Source of the DNA: Ylistrum balloti
Lineage: Eukaryota
Direction of reading: 5' to 3'
Assembly (NCBI RefSeq): GCF_031769215.1
Contig: NW_026781989.1
Span: 248,001 to 312,000 of the forward strand
DNA: 64,000 bases
Shown here: piece after piece, positions 52,401 through 64,000 of the stretch
Layout: every line of letters begins with the position of its first letter
How positions within the stretch are numbered: the stretch's first letter is position 1
Program-made: the position numbers and the translations under genes
The notes under the pieces: model-generated
The model's input: the letters and a program-made list of their open reading frames with translations, nothing else
Databases searched by the model: none
Told to the model about the DNA's origin: nothing

Positions 52401-52759
52401 ATTTAAAATAAAAATACGATTTCAGTGGAACGTTGTTGAGAATATCATAATCAGAGACTTGAAGTTAAAAGATGAGGTGCCTGTGGTATAATAAAGTTTC
52501 AATCTATATTGGAATATTTCATTTTCATTGTTTCTACAACTGAAAAGATGTCCCTATTTTCCTCTCTTACTACACGGAGGATTTATTCCGGAACCATATA
52601 CCGGATCTTCAACTAGCATCCTCCCTCGCGTCTTGCTCACGTGTATGCTTGAAAATTCGCGGGAAGGGAAAAACCGAGAGTTTGGCAGAAGGCAGGAAGA
52701 GTTCAGCACGTGTGATTTGTTTACAGTATATATCCTTAGCCTATCGTCAATATTTTGAA

Positions 52760-55700
52760 ATGGATCAGGAAGACGAATATTATACGGTTTGTTTCTAGAC
52801 CATTAGGTAATGTTTTGATGCATGAAAATGGTGTTTGTCATAAACAGATGATTTTAAACGTGTGCTTCTTCGACGTAGCAAATTGGGTGAGATCTATCTC
52901 AGAGCTACAACCACGACAGAACTAGTTTTACATGTATTTGGTACGAGCAAGGCGAGTATTGATACTAGCACAACATAGGAATTATCTTCAACATTCTTCA
53001 TTTATAGTAATTTTGTAACATGCATTACACCTCTCCAGGGGTTTGGTACCAAATGTTTTTCCCTACTCTACAGATGGTGTTTGTAATCCTCCCTACTCCA
53101 CATATGTACCGATAATGCTATATGGGTCATAGCACGCATGTCTATGTGTGCTAGGACCATATTGTCATCGGTCTGTTACAAATATCAACACGCATCTCAG
53201 TTTTTGTGTTCATGAATCGCTATCCCTAGAAAAATCGAAGACTCCAGCTCCGCCGTTCACAGTTATCAATGGTATCTTCCTGTGCTGCATTCACTTATAG
53301 TCTGTAATTAGCATTTACCACCTGACTCACAGGTACAAGCCTCGTCTGTCAACACTAAGCCTCAATTCTCCATACATACATTATTCAGTTCTATGATTTT
53401 TAAAGAATTGAACCCGGGACCCCCGGCTTATGAGTCTTGACGCTCAAACTCCAGTAAACAACTCGTCTTCAATTGGTGGTAGGGCATGGCTAACTACTAT
53501 TCTGGGGTCCGTACATGGACGTCAATGTAAAAGAGGTCATTATTGACTTCAATGCCTCAGCGAGGAATCGATTCTGGGACCCCGGACTTACTAGTCAACT
53601 GATCAAGCTAAAAAGAAGTTCTCTCTAGCTGTGTGGTATATTGTGGCTTGTATTTTCTAGGGTGACATATATCAACCTTAAGTTTCTCTGTTGATATTTT
53701 GTTGGCATTAAGATTATATTGCTTTAAAGCTCAGTTTCTGTAATGACAAAACAAAGAACTATGTATCTTAACAAATTAACTTTTCCAAAGTAATGTTGAT
53801 TTTGCGATGATCCAACCTAAGGACAACTTACAAAATTTTGCTACGTGACAATTTAAGTCTTGAGTTCATTTGATACTATCATATTTTACTCTTGAATAGA
53901 ATAAATATATCAGGGACAGTGAAATAATGAATATAGGAAACAGATTAATATAAAATAGTCTTCTTTCTTGTAGCAAGAAGAAGTTGCTGTTCCCTTGAGG
54001 GAACCCCTCAACTTGAGTGAACTACGGAATCCTTTAAGTGAAGGTCAAAGTTTTCAACTGCGAGAAGATTTCATGGCAGCAGGTTAATAATCTGAAATGT
54101 ATATGTTGATCTGTAAATGGTAAAGGCATTTGTTCACTTATAATACATCAATAAAACTGCAGACATTGTGGCATCAACTGGGCAGGACAAAAGCACTATC
54201 TGGACTACTTGGTCTGAAGCATCCTTAGGAAAAGTGAAGTCAAGTTTGCATGAATATTGGTTCTAGGCTCTCTGGGGCCTGAGAGATGGGGCCTCAAAAG
54301 GGGAAATTTTGCAAGTACTTTAAAATCCTATTCCTCGTGTAGAAATGAATGGATTTTGCCAAAACTTGTTGTGAAGTATTCTTTCCTGAAGGGAAATAAA
54401 TCTTGTATAAATGTTAGGTCTGTCCCCACTGAAATCAATCATTTATAAACATTTGATCTCTCAGGCCCATGGGGCAGTAGAGTCTGGGCCAATAGGCGAA
54501 ATTGAGTAAACTCTTTAATATCACACTTCTCCTAAGGTATGAATGAATGTTGTCTATTTTAGTTGTAAGCATTCTTGGAGGAAGATGAATCAATATTTGG
54601 TGAGAGGGGTGGGGCCCAATAGGGCAAATAGAGTAATTTCTTTAAAATCCAACCACTCCAGTAGGAATGATTGGAATTTGCACAAATTTGGTTAGAAGTA
54701 TTATTGGATGAAAGAATATATAGTTTGTGTCAGGATTGGTTCCCAGTCCTTAGGGACCTGAGGAGAATATTTGATCTGAAGCAGTTTTGGGTGAAGGGGA
54801 ATCAGTCTTTTGTAAATGGGAAGTCTTGACCCCCTTGCGAGAAAAGGGCAGTGTCCAATAGGAATAATAGAGCAAATTCTTTAAACTCTACTCCTCCTGT
54901 AGGAATGATGGGATTTTACCTCAGTTTGGTCAAAAGTATTCTTAGGTGAATGAAAATCAATTCTGTAAAAACATTGAATTTCAGCCCCCTAGGATGGGAG
55001 GGATGGGCCCAATAGAGTAAGTAAGTTCTTAACAATCCTTCTTCCATACAAGTATATTGACTTCTGTTTTAGCACAAGCCTGGAACTCAATTGGATAATT
55101 ATATCAGAAATTATTTGTCATCTATGATTTTTTTTATTAATTGGCTGAATAGCTTAATAAACCAGGTGAGCGGTGCAGGCTCCTTGACCCTCTTGTTTAT
55201 GTTAAACCTGTGGTGATGTTATCATATAACTTAGGGAGCCAAGCCAAAATATAAAGAAATTGCATCATTTAAAACCAAATGTTGTTTCTTTTTAGATGAA
55301 AATCTGACCAGCAATGCCTATTTTGAACCAAATGATGTTCTAAGGAATTGTTACGTTCCTGATGAAGATGACAATGACACTGATGAAGAGGATGGAACTT
55401 GCCCATTTGAAAAAATGGCAAAGAAAATGGTGAAGCTTATTGAAGATGGTGGTGTTGTGAAAAAAATACTTACACATGGAGCAGGCAATGTTATACCAGA
55501 AGGGTCTATTGTTACAAGTGAGTTACAGTCGAAACATTTCCTTTAATTTTATGATTGTAATGACTTCCTTCTTGAATACGTAGGCTTTTGCAGTTTTGAA
55601 TCATAAAATTAATGTTAGATTATTCTGCCTGATTTTGTAATAAGATATCTGTTCTACCTGAGGGAACCCTTGTAAGTTGCCGTGGGAAAACTGGGAGTTG

Positions 55701-58700
55701 AAATATGTAGCAGATTGATGTTAATATTCCAATTCTTTGATGATTTTATCACAAATGTGACAAAGAAGAAATTATTTTGATTTTCCAGTTCACTACAATG
55801 GCTTTTTGGAGTATTCAGACGAGCCTTTTGATTCCTCACGTTTGCGAAGTGCTCCAGTCAAAAGACAATTAGGAAAAGGTAAAAAAGTTGTCAATGATCT
55901 CTGATGATTGTTTTGAAATCACTGTTCTGTAAATAAAATGCCTGTTTCCACTCAATATCTTGAATTCCATTGGTCTGATAAATCACACACTTCTCATGCA
56001 GTGTAATTGTTATTTTTGGGTTGCTTTCAAGTTACATTTTGACACAGTAACTCAAGTTCCACTCAGTAACTCACATTCTGCTGTTCTGATTGATCTCTAA
56101 AAGGACAAAACTTCCCCGTACAATCAACCAATCGGAGGGATTGGTATTGTGTAGCCATATTCAGAGATTATTATAACTAATTATGAACAAATTTTGGACA
56201 ACATTAATTGGGTATTTGTTTATATTAAGATATAAATGGGAACAACCAGCTGGACCACTTTGACATCACAATACAGAGGTAGCAGCAGGAAATGGTGTTG
56301 TTATCAATATTGATAATAGAAACATTTGCTTTGGAATTATTCATTTTACTAACATTCCACAGTAACAGTCGCATACTGCTTCTTTATACTTCAGGAACAA
56401 ATTAAGGAATTATGTTGCAGACATCAGACTTGCTTTTATTTGTACAAATTATCACATGGTCAGGATTTAAGTGGATTATTAGTATCAGAGGTTGGTGTCT
56501 TTCTAACCATTCCTTTGTATGTTACAGGTCAGCTTGTGGAAGGTCTAGAAATAGGAATCTCAACCATGAAGAAAGGAGAACTGTCTAGATTCATTATAAC
56601 CCATGATTATGCATTTGGAAAACTTGGATGTGCACCTCGAATCCCACCTGAAGCAACTGGTATGCACTGCATATTTGTTGTATATCAAGTCTTTATGCTG
56701 TAATTTTCTGATATTTCATGGATACTGTTTTTAGGAGGTAATTTTAATGGTTATCTACACATGATGTTGATTCATCTGATAATTATATGACTTATATTTA
56801 TTAGTTTAAGCACCTGATTGATGCTTATGAGTATAAACATGTGATTTTTATTTATCAGTCAATTGATATAATCTTTATCACTGTTTGTCTATATAAAATG
56901 TGATATCTCTCTGTTAAAGTGATGTATGAGGTGGAGTTGATGAGTTATGTAGAGCATGCTGGTCTGGATGAGTATAACTTTCTAACTGAGGTAAGTTAAG
57001 GGATTTGATCAACACCCATGCCACATCACATTAACTAAATCCAGTATTCTAGTCACAGTGTATACTCATTCATTTTACTTGCTCTTATACAAGCTTATGG
57101 TTAAATAAGTAGTGTTAAAATTTGATCAAAATTGCAAAGTGAATTTTTCTATTCTCTTTCTTAGATTTTCCAGCTCCTTTTCATCTGAATCTTATCATAA
57201 CATTTTGCTTGATTTATTGGTGATTCTGCAATACATAATGATATACAATTCTAAATTCATTTCACTACTTAACATGCAGGATTTTACTTCTTTTTGATGG
57301 CACTATTGTTTGTGTAAATGAGTGGTCTCCCTTAGTTTAGAAAATTATGACGATTACATATCATAAAAGAAATATTTTCCACTTAAAAGTCTCTCAGACT
57401 GTCACTCCTGCATTTCTAAGTTAAATTTATAAGATAAAATTTTGAAATATCTGTATATTTTAAATGGAATCGATATTGATTACCTCAGATGCTTCCTGTG
57501 TTATGTTACCATGCCAACTTTTTACTGTATGAGGTTCAACAGCATTGTTGTTGGAATTTTACCTAAAATTGAAGAACATTGGACTTTATTGAATAAAGTC
57601 ATTCTCTTTCAGTTTTTCATTCTTGAGGAAAAAAAATGTTTTCAGTTAGTTATGTTTTCGATTAGTTAGACACATGTGTTCATTAGCTCACACACATTAT
57701 TGTTAGTAATATTAATATTTTTCATATTAGAGGAATTACTCTCTAATTTGTGACTAATCTTTTTGATTGAAGGGGGAGCTGAGCCATCGTTTTGCCGATT
57801 TTGTTGAAAAGATAAAATATTTTTCTTTTCCAAGATATAATTCGTCAGCTTTATTGTCCATAATAATGAAAAAAAAAGTTTGAACAAATTTTGTCTGAAA
57901 CATTACTCTTGATATAATGCATGGACATATGGTGAGTGTATGACTTACATGTACTTATTTAAAAATCCATTTGGGATTAATGATGGAAGTAGCAAGTTTG
58001 CATTAAATGTTACTTAATGCATAGAAATCTTTATTTATTACAGGAAGAAAAACGAAATTTGAAATTTGATCAGCTGAGGAAAGTCTACATTGAAGAAAGA
58101 CAGGTGAATTATTATTGACAAGATGATAAGATCTCGGGCATCTGATTTTCATAAAAAATACTGCTCCAGTAACTAAATTTTTTGTTCATGCAATATTGTG
58201 TGTTATTTGATGCACACTTTTTATTTTTGGACAAGACTGGAAGATCATAGAGCCCTGAACAATTTGACACAAGTAATGAAGGATTAAGGCACATAATGTC
58301 TGTAATATATGTTTATAAATATATAATATAGGGGAGAAATATTACATTTTCTTCTGTAAACATCGCATCTAATTTCACTTCATGTTTTAAGACAATATTG
58401 ATCTATTGCTGTGATACCCGTGTATAGAGAAAGAAATTGAAACTTGATTAAAAAATAATTAGACTGCTGGCGAAAAAAGAAGCATGATGGGCATGCATGA
58501 CACAGCCTTATGTTGTACATTTGTTGTCCTCAGTCCTAGTGCATATAGTTAGTGAACTCAAAATAAAAAGGACCTTCCTGAATTCACTTGCTGCAAGCAT
58601 TAAAACTAGTGTGTCAGTAAATTATTCATATTTTTGGAGCACGTCCTTTTATAATACTTAAAAATGCAAATTGTGTAGCCTTTAAAATTTTACAATGTTT

Positions 58701-61700
58701 ATTTGTAAGAAAAGAAATTTGATTATAAATTAATTTGCCAAATTTGTGAAACACAGAAGTAACTTTTTAACTGATAGCAGTGTATTTTATTCTATTTTTT
58801 CAGCATGGAAAACAGCTCTTTGATGCTGCCCAATATAAGAAAGCATTCCGACATTATCGCAAGGTAAAATACCTACAGTAGTTCACATAAACAGTGCATT
58901 TTTTAAAAATTTGTATATATTGTTAATAGAACACATAATGATCTCTCCGGAATAAACTTCAATTGTGAGTATTAATTGTTGATGGCATCAGAATATACCA
59001 AAATCTTTCGTCAGTCTGAGCAAAATAAAATATAAAACAAATTATGGTGATGAAAATAAATTTGATTTGGAGGATCAGAGTCACCATCACCCCCAAAGTT
59101 ATAAAGATTACACCAGCAAGGCAGGAATATACCAAGTATGGAATATTCACATAAGATAACTGACATATTAATCAATTAAGCAATTGTTTGTTTCAATTTG
59201 TTATTTTTCCATTTTATATATTGGATAAAGAAGCCATTCACCTCTAAAAAAGTAGATTACTGTTGGTGTATTGGCTGAAATTTGCATTGCTGTATCAGTA
59301 TGCAGAGTATTGTTTGAAAATATTGCTACAGAGTGAACCTTGCCCTTTACATTATCCTGAATGACCTTGACATTGCTAACTTATCCTTAAAGACCCTGTT
59401 ATTTACTGACTTACTCCTGCATGACCTTGACCTTTACTGACTTATCCCTGAATGACCTTAAACTTTGATAGTTATTCCTGAATGACCCTTACCATTACCA
59501 ACTTTATTTCCAAAGGTCTTTGCCTTTTTTTACTGATCCTTTGACGACCTTGACATTAATGAACTTATTCCTGAGGGACACTGCCTTTTATTGTGTTAAT
59601 CCTGAATGACATCGACTTTCAATAACTTATTCCTGAATGACCCTTACAATTACCAACTTATTCCCAAATGACTTTGCCTTTCTTACTGATCCTGGGATGA
59701 CCCTGACCATGAACTTATTCCTGAAGGACACTTCCCTTTACTGACTTGTTCATGATGAACCTTTTCCTTTCTTGTTTGTCAATATAAAAAATATGCAGTT
59801 TTAATTGATTTCAGGCAGCCACTGTTCTGGAGGAGTACCACCTTAAAGATGACGAGGAGGAAAGAGAACAGCAACAGATGCTGCTCAAAATGTACCACCA
59901 CATGGCTGTCTGCAGCAGCAAATTAGCTAATCCAGGTCGTTGTATCAACTACTGTAAAAAAATGATGGAGATCAACCCCAAAGATGTCCATGCATTCTAC
60001 TTTTATGGAAAGGTAGACAACTGCAGACACTGGCAGAATTTTCATATGTGTTTTCTCTCAAGATTATCTATAACATAAACACCCAGTTGTTATCAGTGTA
60101 ATAACACACATGAAATCAGTTGTGTGATGAAAACTCATTTAGCAACACCTAGCAGAACTTTTATTGACTGAAAGTTCTTACGGTTTAAATTGTGATGTCA
60201 CCATAGATATAGAGATTCGGAGTGAGAATATCACCAATTTTGATCTTAATTAATTTCTGATAAAATGATTTTTTATGAATTCTTGCTTATGTATTTGAGT
60301 CACTTGAACCAGAACCATACATTTGTTTCCATTTTATATGAGATACAGGAAGATGTTTTGGTTTGATATTTCAGTCCCTGCACCAGCAGCAGGAGTTTGA
60401 TCGAGCCCGTGACTACCTGGTCAAGGCTCAGCGCCTGGAGCCAAATAATTCCAGTATTAATGAAGAGCTGGTGAAACTAGAAAGGTGAGTTATTTCAATT
60501 TATCAGTCTATTTAAATATTTTAAGAAAAAGAAATATATTGCAATATTTTAAGTATTTTTGAGAAGTTTGATTATGGCAAAATTAGCAACCTGATTAATC
60601 AACAAACACGGGATATAGGTTTGAGGATTCATGACTGTGCTGACAGCTGAGTATACCTGACCTTTCACAGAACACCTGATTTTCCATTAATCATGACCTT
60701 GTTCCCAAAACAAGTTTTACCATCAAACTGTAAGATTAAATTTTGATGTTGAGTAGTTTTCTGAAAATGGAAATGATTTTGTACAATAGTATTCAACAAA
60801 CTTGTCACAATTTGTTTCAACGGTTTGTTCCAAATACCATTCTTTTGTGCAATATGTATACAGGTACACTTGGCAGATAAACTCTCTAACAGGGTTTAAG
60901 AGAGATTCAGTTAAATGCAGGTTATAGGGAAATTATACAGTCAAAATAAGCGATATGAAGCTGGTCGTGTTTAGTATTGGTTAGTTTGCCAGTTGGTTCT
61001 ATTTTCGTTAACCTTGGTTTTTTTTTTTTTTTTTTTGAAACACGACATTACTTCTTTGATTGACCAAGATGTACATATGGATGCAAAAGTTACACTTCCA
61101 GAACACCATGTATTTTTATCCTTGTACTTTTTTCAGTATAAATTTTAACCTAGTCTCCTCAAATAAGATTCTGTTGAAATTTCGGTATTTTCTTATTTCA
61201 TTTAAATTAATATTTCAGTAATTTAACAGTGTACTGCCCAAAATATGTTTGGTAATATTTGATATTACTGTGCATTTAATTGGAATATTGTTCATTAATT
61301 TCCGTTTTATATAGGTATGCCTTATTGAATGAAAACTTTCTCATTGATTTGAAGACATTACTGTCACACCTTACAATTTACAGTAATATGAAGAAACACA
61401 AAGTTATGGAAGCAGATATGTATTCTCGGATGTTCTCTAAACCCAAGGGACGGACGCCTAAAGGTAAGATTTTGTTATTTGATTTGAGATTGAAGCTTAC
61501 TGTTTACCCTCCTGCTTCTGTACTACCACATTTTGCTCTCTGGACTTATAACATATACTTCACATTTAATATTGTATTGAACATGTCCTCAAGATACAAA
61601 ACTAGAGTAAATGATATGTGTGTTTATATAAAGTCACTTAATAGTTGTTTTACAACAGTTGGACGAGGAAACCTTCCAAGCTATTTTGTTATTGAATGTT

Positions 61701-63908
61701 TGATAGCACTTTGTTATAAAATCATTTGACAACAATTTCAAAACAAGGAGTACAGGAGATTATTAGTTTTGAGACAATTTATCAAATAATGAGGTCCTGA
61801 AGAAGCCCGGGAGGGCGAAGCCGGTAGACGGTATTAAATGAATACAAGGAGCAACCACTCTGCAGACTGTTGTGATTGATACTTATATTCAGATAATGAG
61901 TATTTAACAATATCTAGTTATCCCAATATAAATACACTTTGTCACAGGGGAAAAAAAATTGAAAACAATCAATCTGTTTTAGCTTTGTTGTTTCCTGTTT
62001 TAGATATATTATTTGGTTTATTTTGTAGAGAAGGAACAAGAAAGCAACAAAATAAAAGAGAAAGAAAACAAAGCTTATGATTGTTCTCCAGACTGGGCCA
62101 ACCTTGTGAAGACCAAGCTTACGTAAGTATAATAATACTGATCCGGCCTGCACGTGGAGCTGTAACACATATACACAGGGGTTTCCATCTGTTTCCAGGC
62201 ATGCAATAAACTTGTAACACAATGTGAGCTAGAACCAACACAACTCAGTTCCTCCATAGGCTCTGCTGAAACTACATGCCACAGGCATTTGCACATAGTT
62301 TATATAGTCTGGTAGTATTAAGACAGTGTATTTCAATGTATTTACTATAAATTGACACAATTAATAACAATTGTAAGTGTTTGGTCGAATTATACCTCTT
62401 CATCAACTCTTCTAAATTAGATTAGTTTACGTACATTGGATTCGATTGCCTTGTTTTGCCAATAGTTATATGATTGAATTCTTTGATTCTAGGCTCCTTT
62501 GTTATTGTTTCATAAACCCATGTGGTATGTGACACGAAGGAGTTTCTGAATTTAACTGTAATAACATTGGAATATGAAATAATTTCTAAAAGCTTGGTGG
62601 CCCTATCTATCAAGTGATTTAAGAAGAACATTATATTAGTATCGGAGTAGTCATGAATACAAAAGATTTAGCCCTTGCTACTCAGTCTTTGCAGTTTTAC
62701 TTATACTTGGAGATGGCTTAATATAAGATTTATAATCTTGTTGCCAGATCTGTTTTCAATTTTATAATTTGTGTATGTGTATGTTGTAAATGAAAATCTG
62801 GAAATAAAATATTGTTTAAACCAAACCTATACTTGCATCTGAATCCAAGACGAGAGTAATTTTGTTGTGAATGAATTAAACTTTTATTTCATCGTTAAAA
62901 TAATTTGATATGAACAAACCTCTTCATATTGGTGTCAGATTTCAACCTTATTGATACTATTCCATAGGGAGTTCTGTAATGACTCAAGCCAGTCGGAGAT
63001 GCCCTTTCCCTCATACAATTTCACACTGGGTGAAATAGAATGTATTCTGGAGACTGCCATTGAGTTTGGATTGGATGCAAAGGAGGTTGGAAGTGTAAGT
63101 AAAATACACCTTCTGAACTACATAAGTGGTTAAATGTCTGTCTTTATAAAGAAGCGTTTGTTTTAAACAGGGTTTAATTAGTTTTACAACAGAATTGAAT
63201 GAGATGTACATCTTTACAATATTACATATATGTGAATGAAACCAAACAGGGGGCATTAAAGTGTTTAAGATCTGTTTTAGGTACTTTCAACAGTTTTCTT
63301 TTAAAGGGGCACGATCATCGGCCTCCATGAGTGTGTACTTTCATGTTTGTATTTCCAGAACATTTCGCTCATAAAATGTATTTAAGGTCTGTCAAGATTT
63401 GTGCAGTATGAAGGAACATGATATACCAAAAGTAGATCTCTGCAACCTGTAACTTTGCATTGGAATTTGGGCATTTGTTTAGTGTCCATCTTGGAGTGAT
63501 GTGTAAAAGTATGTTGCTTTCACACATGGGTGGTCATTTATACTAGTTATGGTGATATGTCAATATGATTCAGACTTTTAAGTCTTCAAATGTAGAACAT
63601 GCATGTGTCATTATTAAGAGTCTGTCTAGTTGTATTTAACATAAGGGCACAAAATATAATTCCCCTAACTTTGATCGATGTACAGAAAGATAGTCACACT
63701 GCTTGGAGATTCTTATCTGTCTCACCCTGAGCAAAGTCTAGGGTTGAATAGTCCAGGATTTCCTCGGGAGTCTAGAGCTAATTGTTTTGTCCTTTTTAAT
63801 CCTAACCTTGATCATTTTGTAAATGGTAAAGAAACATTTTTATTGTTCTGATATCTCTTAACTTTTCAGGGTCAAAGTTATCGGATAAAGTTGTACAAGA
63901 AGTCATAG
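52760..63908 (+). CDS. FKBP6: FKBP6 / shutdown-like inactive PPIase-TPR co-chaperone (piRNA pathway), 14 coding exons, 472 aa
   Basis: Exons 52760-52786, 53974-54082, 55296-55517, 55789-55878, 56528-56659, 56920-56990, 58044-58103, 58804-58863, 59815-60012, 60375-60484, 61384-61463, 62029-62122, 62968-63094, 63870-63908 (1419 nt, open, GT-AG). Features: N-terminal PLREPLNLSEL and acidic tract; FKBP domain VHYNGFLEYSDEPFDSS...GLEIGISTMKKGE...YAFGKLGCAPRIPPEAT, with Leu at the FKBP12 W59 position; TPR region ending RARDYLVKAQRLEPNNSSINEEL. Confidence 0.9.
53400..53620 (-). mobile_element. Two tRNA-like (SINE head) fragments in FKBP6 intron 1
   Basis: The minus strand reads gagcgtcaagactcataagccgggggtcccgggttcaattc (~53405-53450) and gactagtaagtccggggtcccagaatcgattcctcgc (~53560-53597). 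These are anticodon-arm/T-arm-like, without complete acceptor stems. Confidence 0.45.
54230..55198 (+). mobile_element. 5'-truncated Helentron-type element carrying degenerate ~130-240-bp repeats, in FKBP6 intron 2
   Basis: aatagggcaaatagagtaa.ttctttaaaatcc recurs at ~54490, 54619, 54858 and 55010. The 3' end caggtgagcggtgcaggctccttgaccctcttgttt (55163-55198) has the same form as the 18.4-kb element. Confidence 0.65.
59330..59760. repeat. Degenerate ~30-bp minisatellite in FKBP6 intron 8
   Basis: Recurring ttattcctgaatgaccttgac(a/c)tt(t/a)actgac motif. Confidence 0.8.
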
Positions 63909-64000
63909 AAATTTTAGAAAACAGTTCAAGGAAAATTTGTCAAGATTTTTGGAGTGTTGGAGCAGACAACTGTAGATGTTTTCCAAGCACAGAAGATCTA

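Noticed and set aside
53405-53450. tRNA-Met-like sequence (CAT anticodon) on the minus strand
   Set aside because: There is no acceptor stem or complete D-arm and the anticodon stem pairs poorly, so it was treated as a SINE head.

Overview
This is AT-rich, intron-containing eukaryotic DNA. The repeat families (Helentron-type non-autonomous elements, a GIPMGTNCAP-type Penelope-like element, CR1/L2-type LINEs) point to a bivalve mollusc, probably an oyster; this is inference. I assembled the genes by hand from GT-AG sites with consistent phases. In order: (1) the first coding exon of a natriuretic-peptide-receptor/receptor-guanylyl-cyclase-like gene (- strand, 1932-2125); (2) a canonical fructosamine-3-kinase family gene (+, 15545-21588, 8 exons, 309 aa); (3) a tandem, strongly diverged FN3K paralogue with matching exon phases (+, 24753-33877, 332 aa); (4) SMIM14 (-, 41680-43876, 101 aa); (5) a ~4.8-kb LINE with a 1014-codon EN-RT ORF (-, ~46713-51526); (6) a complete FKBP6/shutdown-like gene (+, 52760-63908, 14 coding exons, 472 aa). 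Between them lie decayed transposons and five minisatellite arrays. The most interesting signal is the second FN3K copy. It keeps the kinase catalytic residues but has changed the sugar-binding pocket and the redox-switch cysteine, so it is a candidate for a new substrate specificity. Other highlights are a duplication-created signal-peptide uORF, an R3H-like tail on FKBP6, a broken 2A-like motif and a duplicated 3'UTR hairpin in the LINE, and a phase-consistent orphan exon chain. No database searches were run; all family assignments come from recognised motifs.
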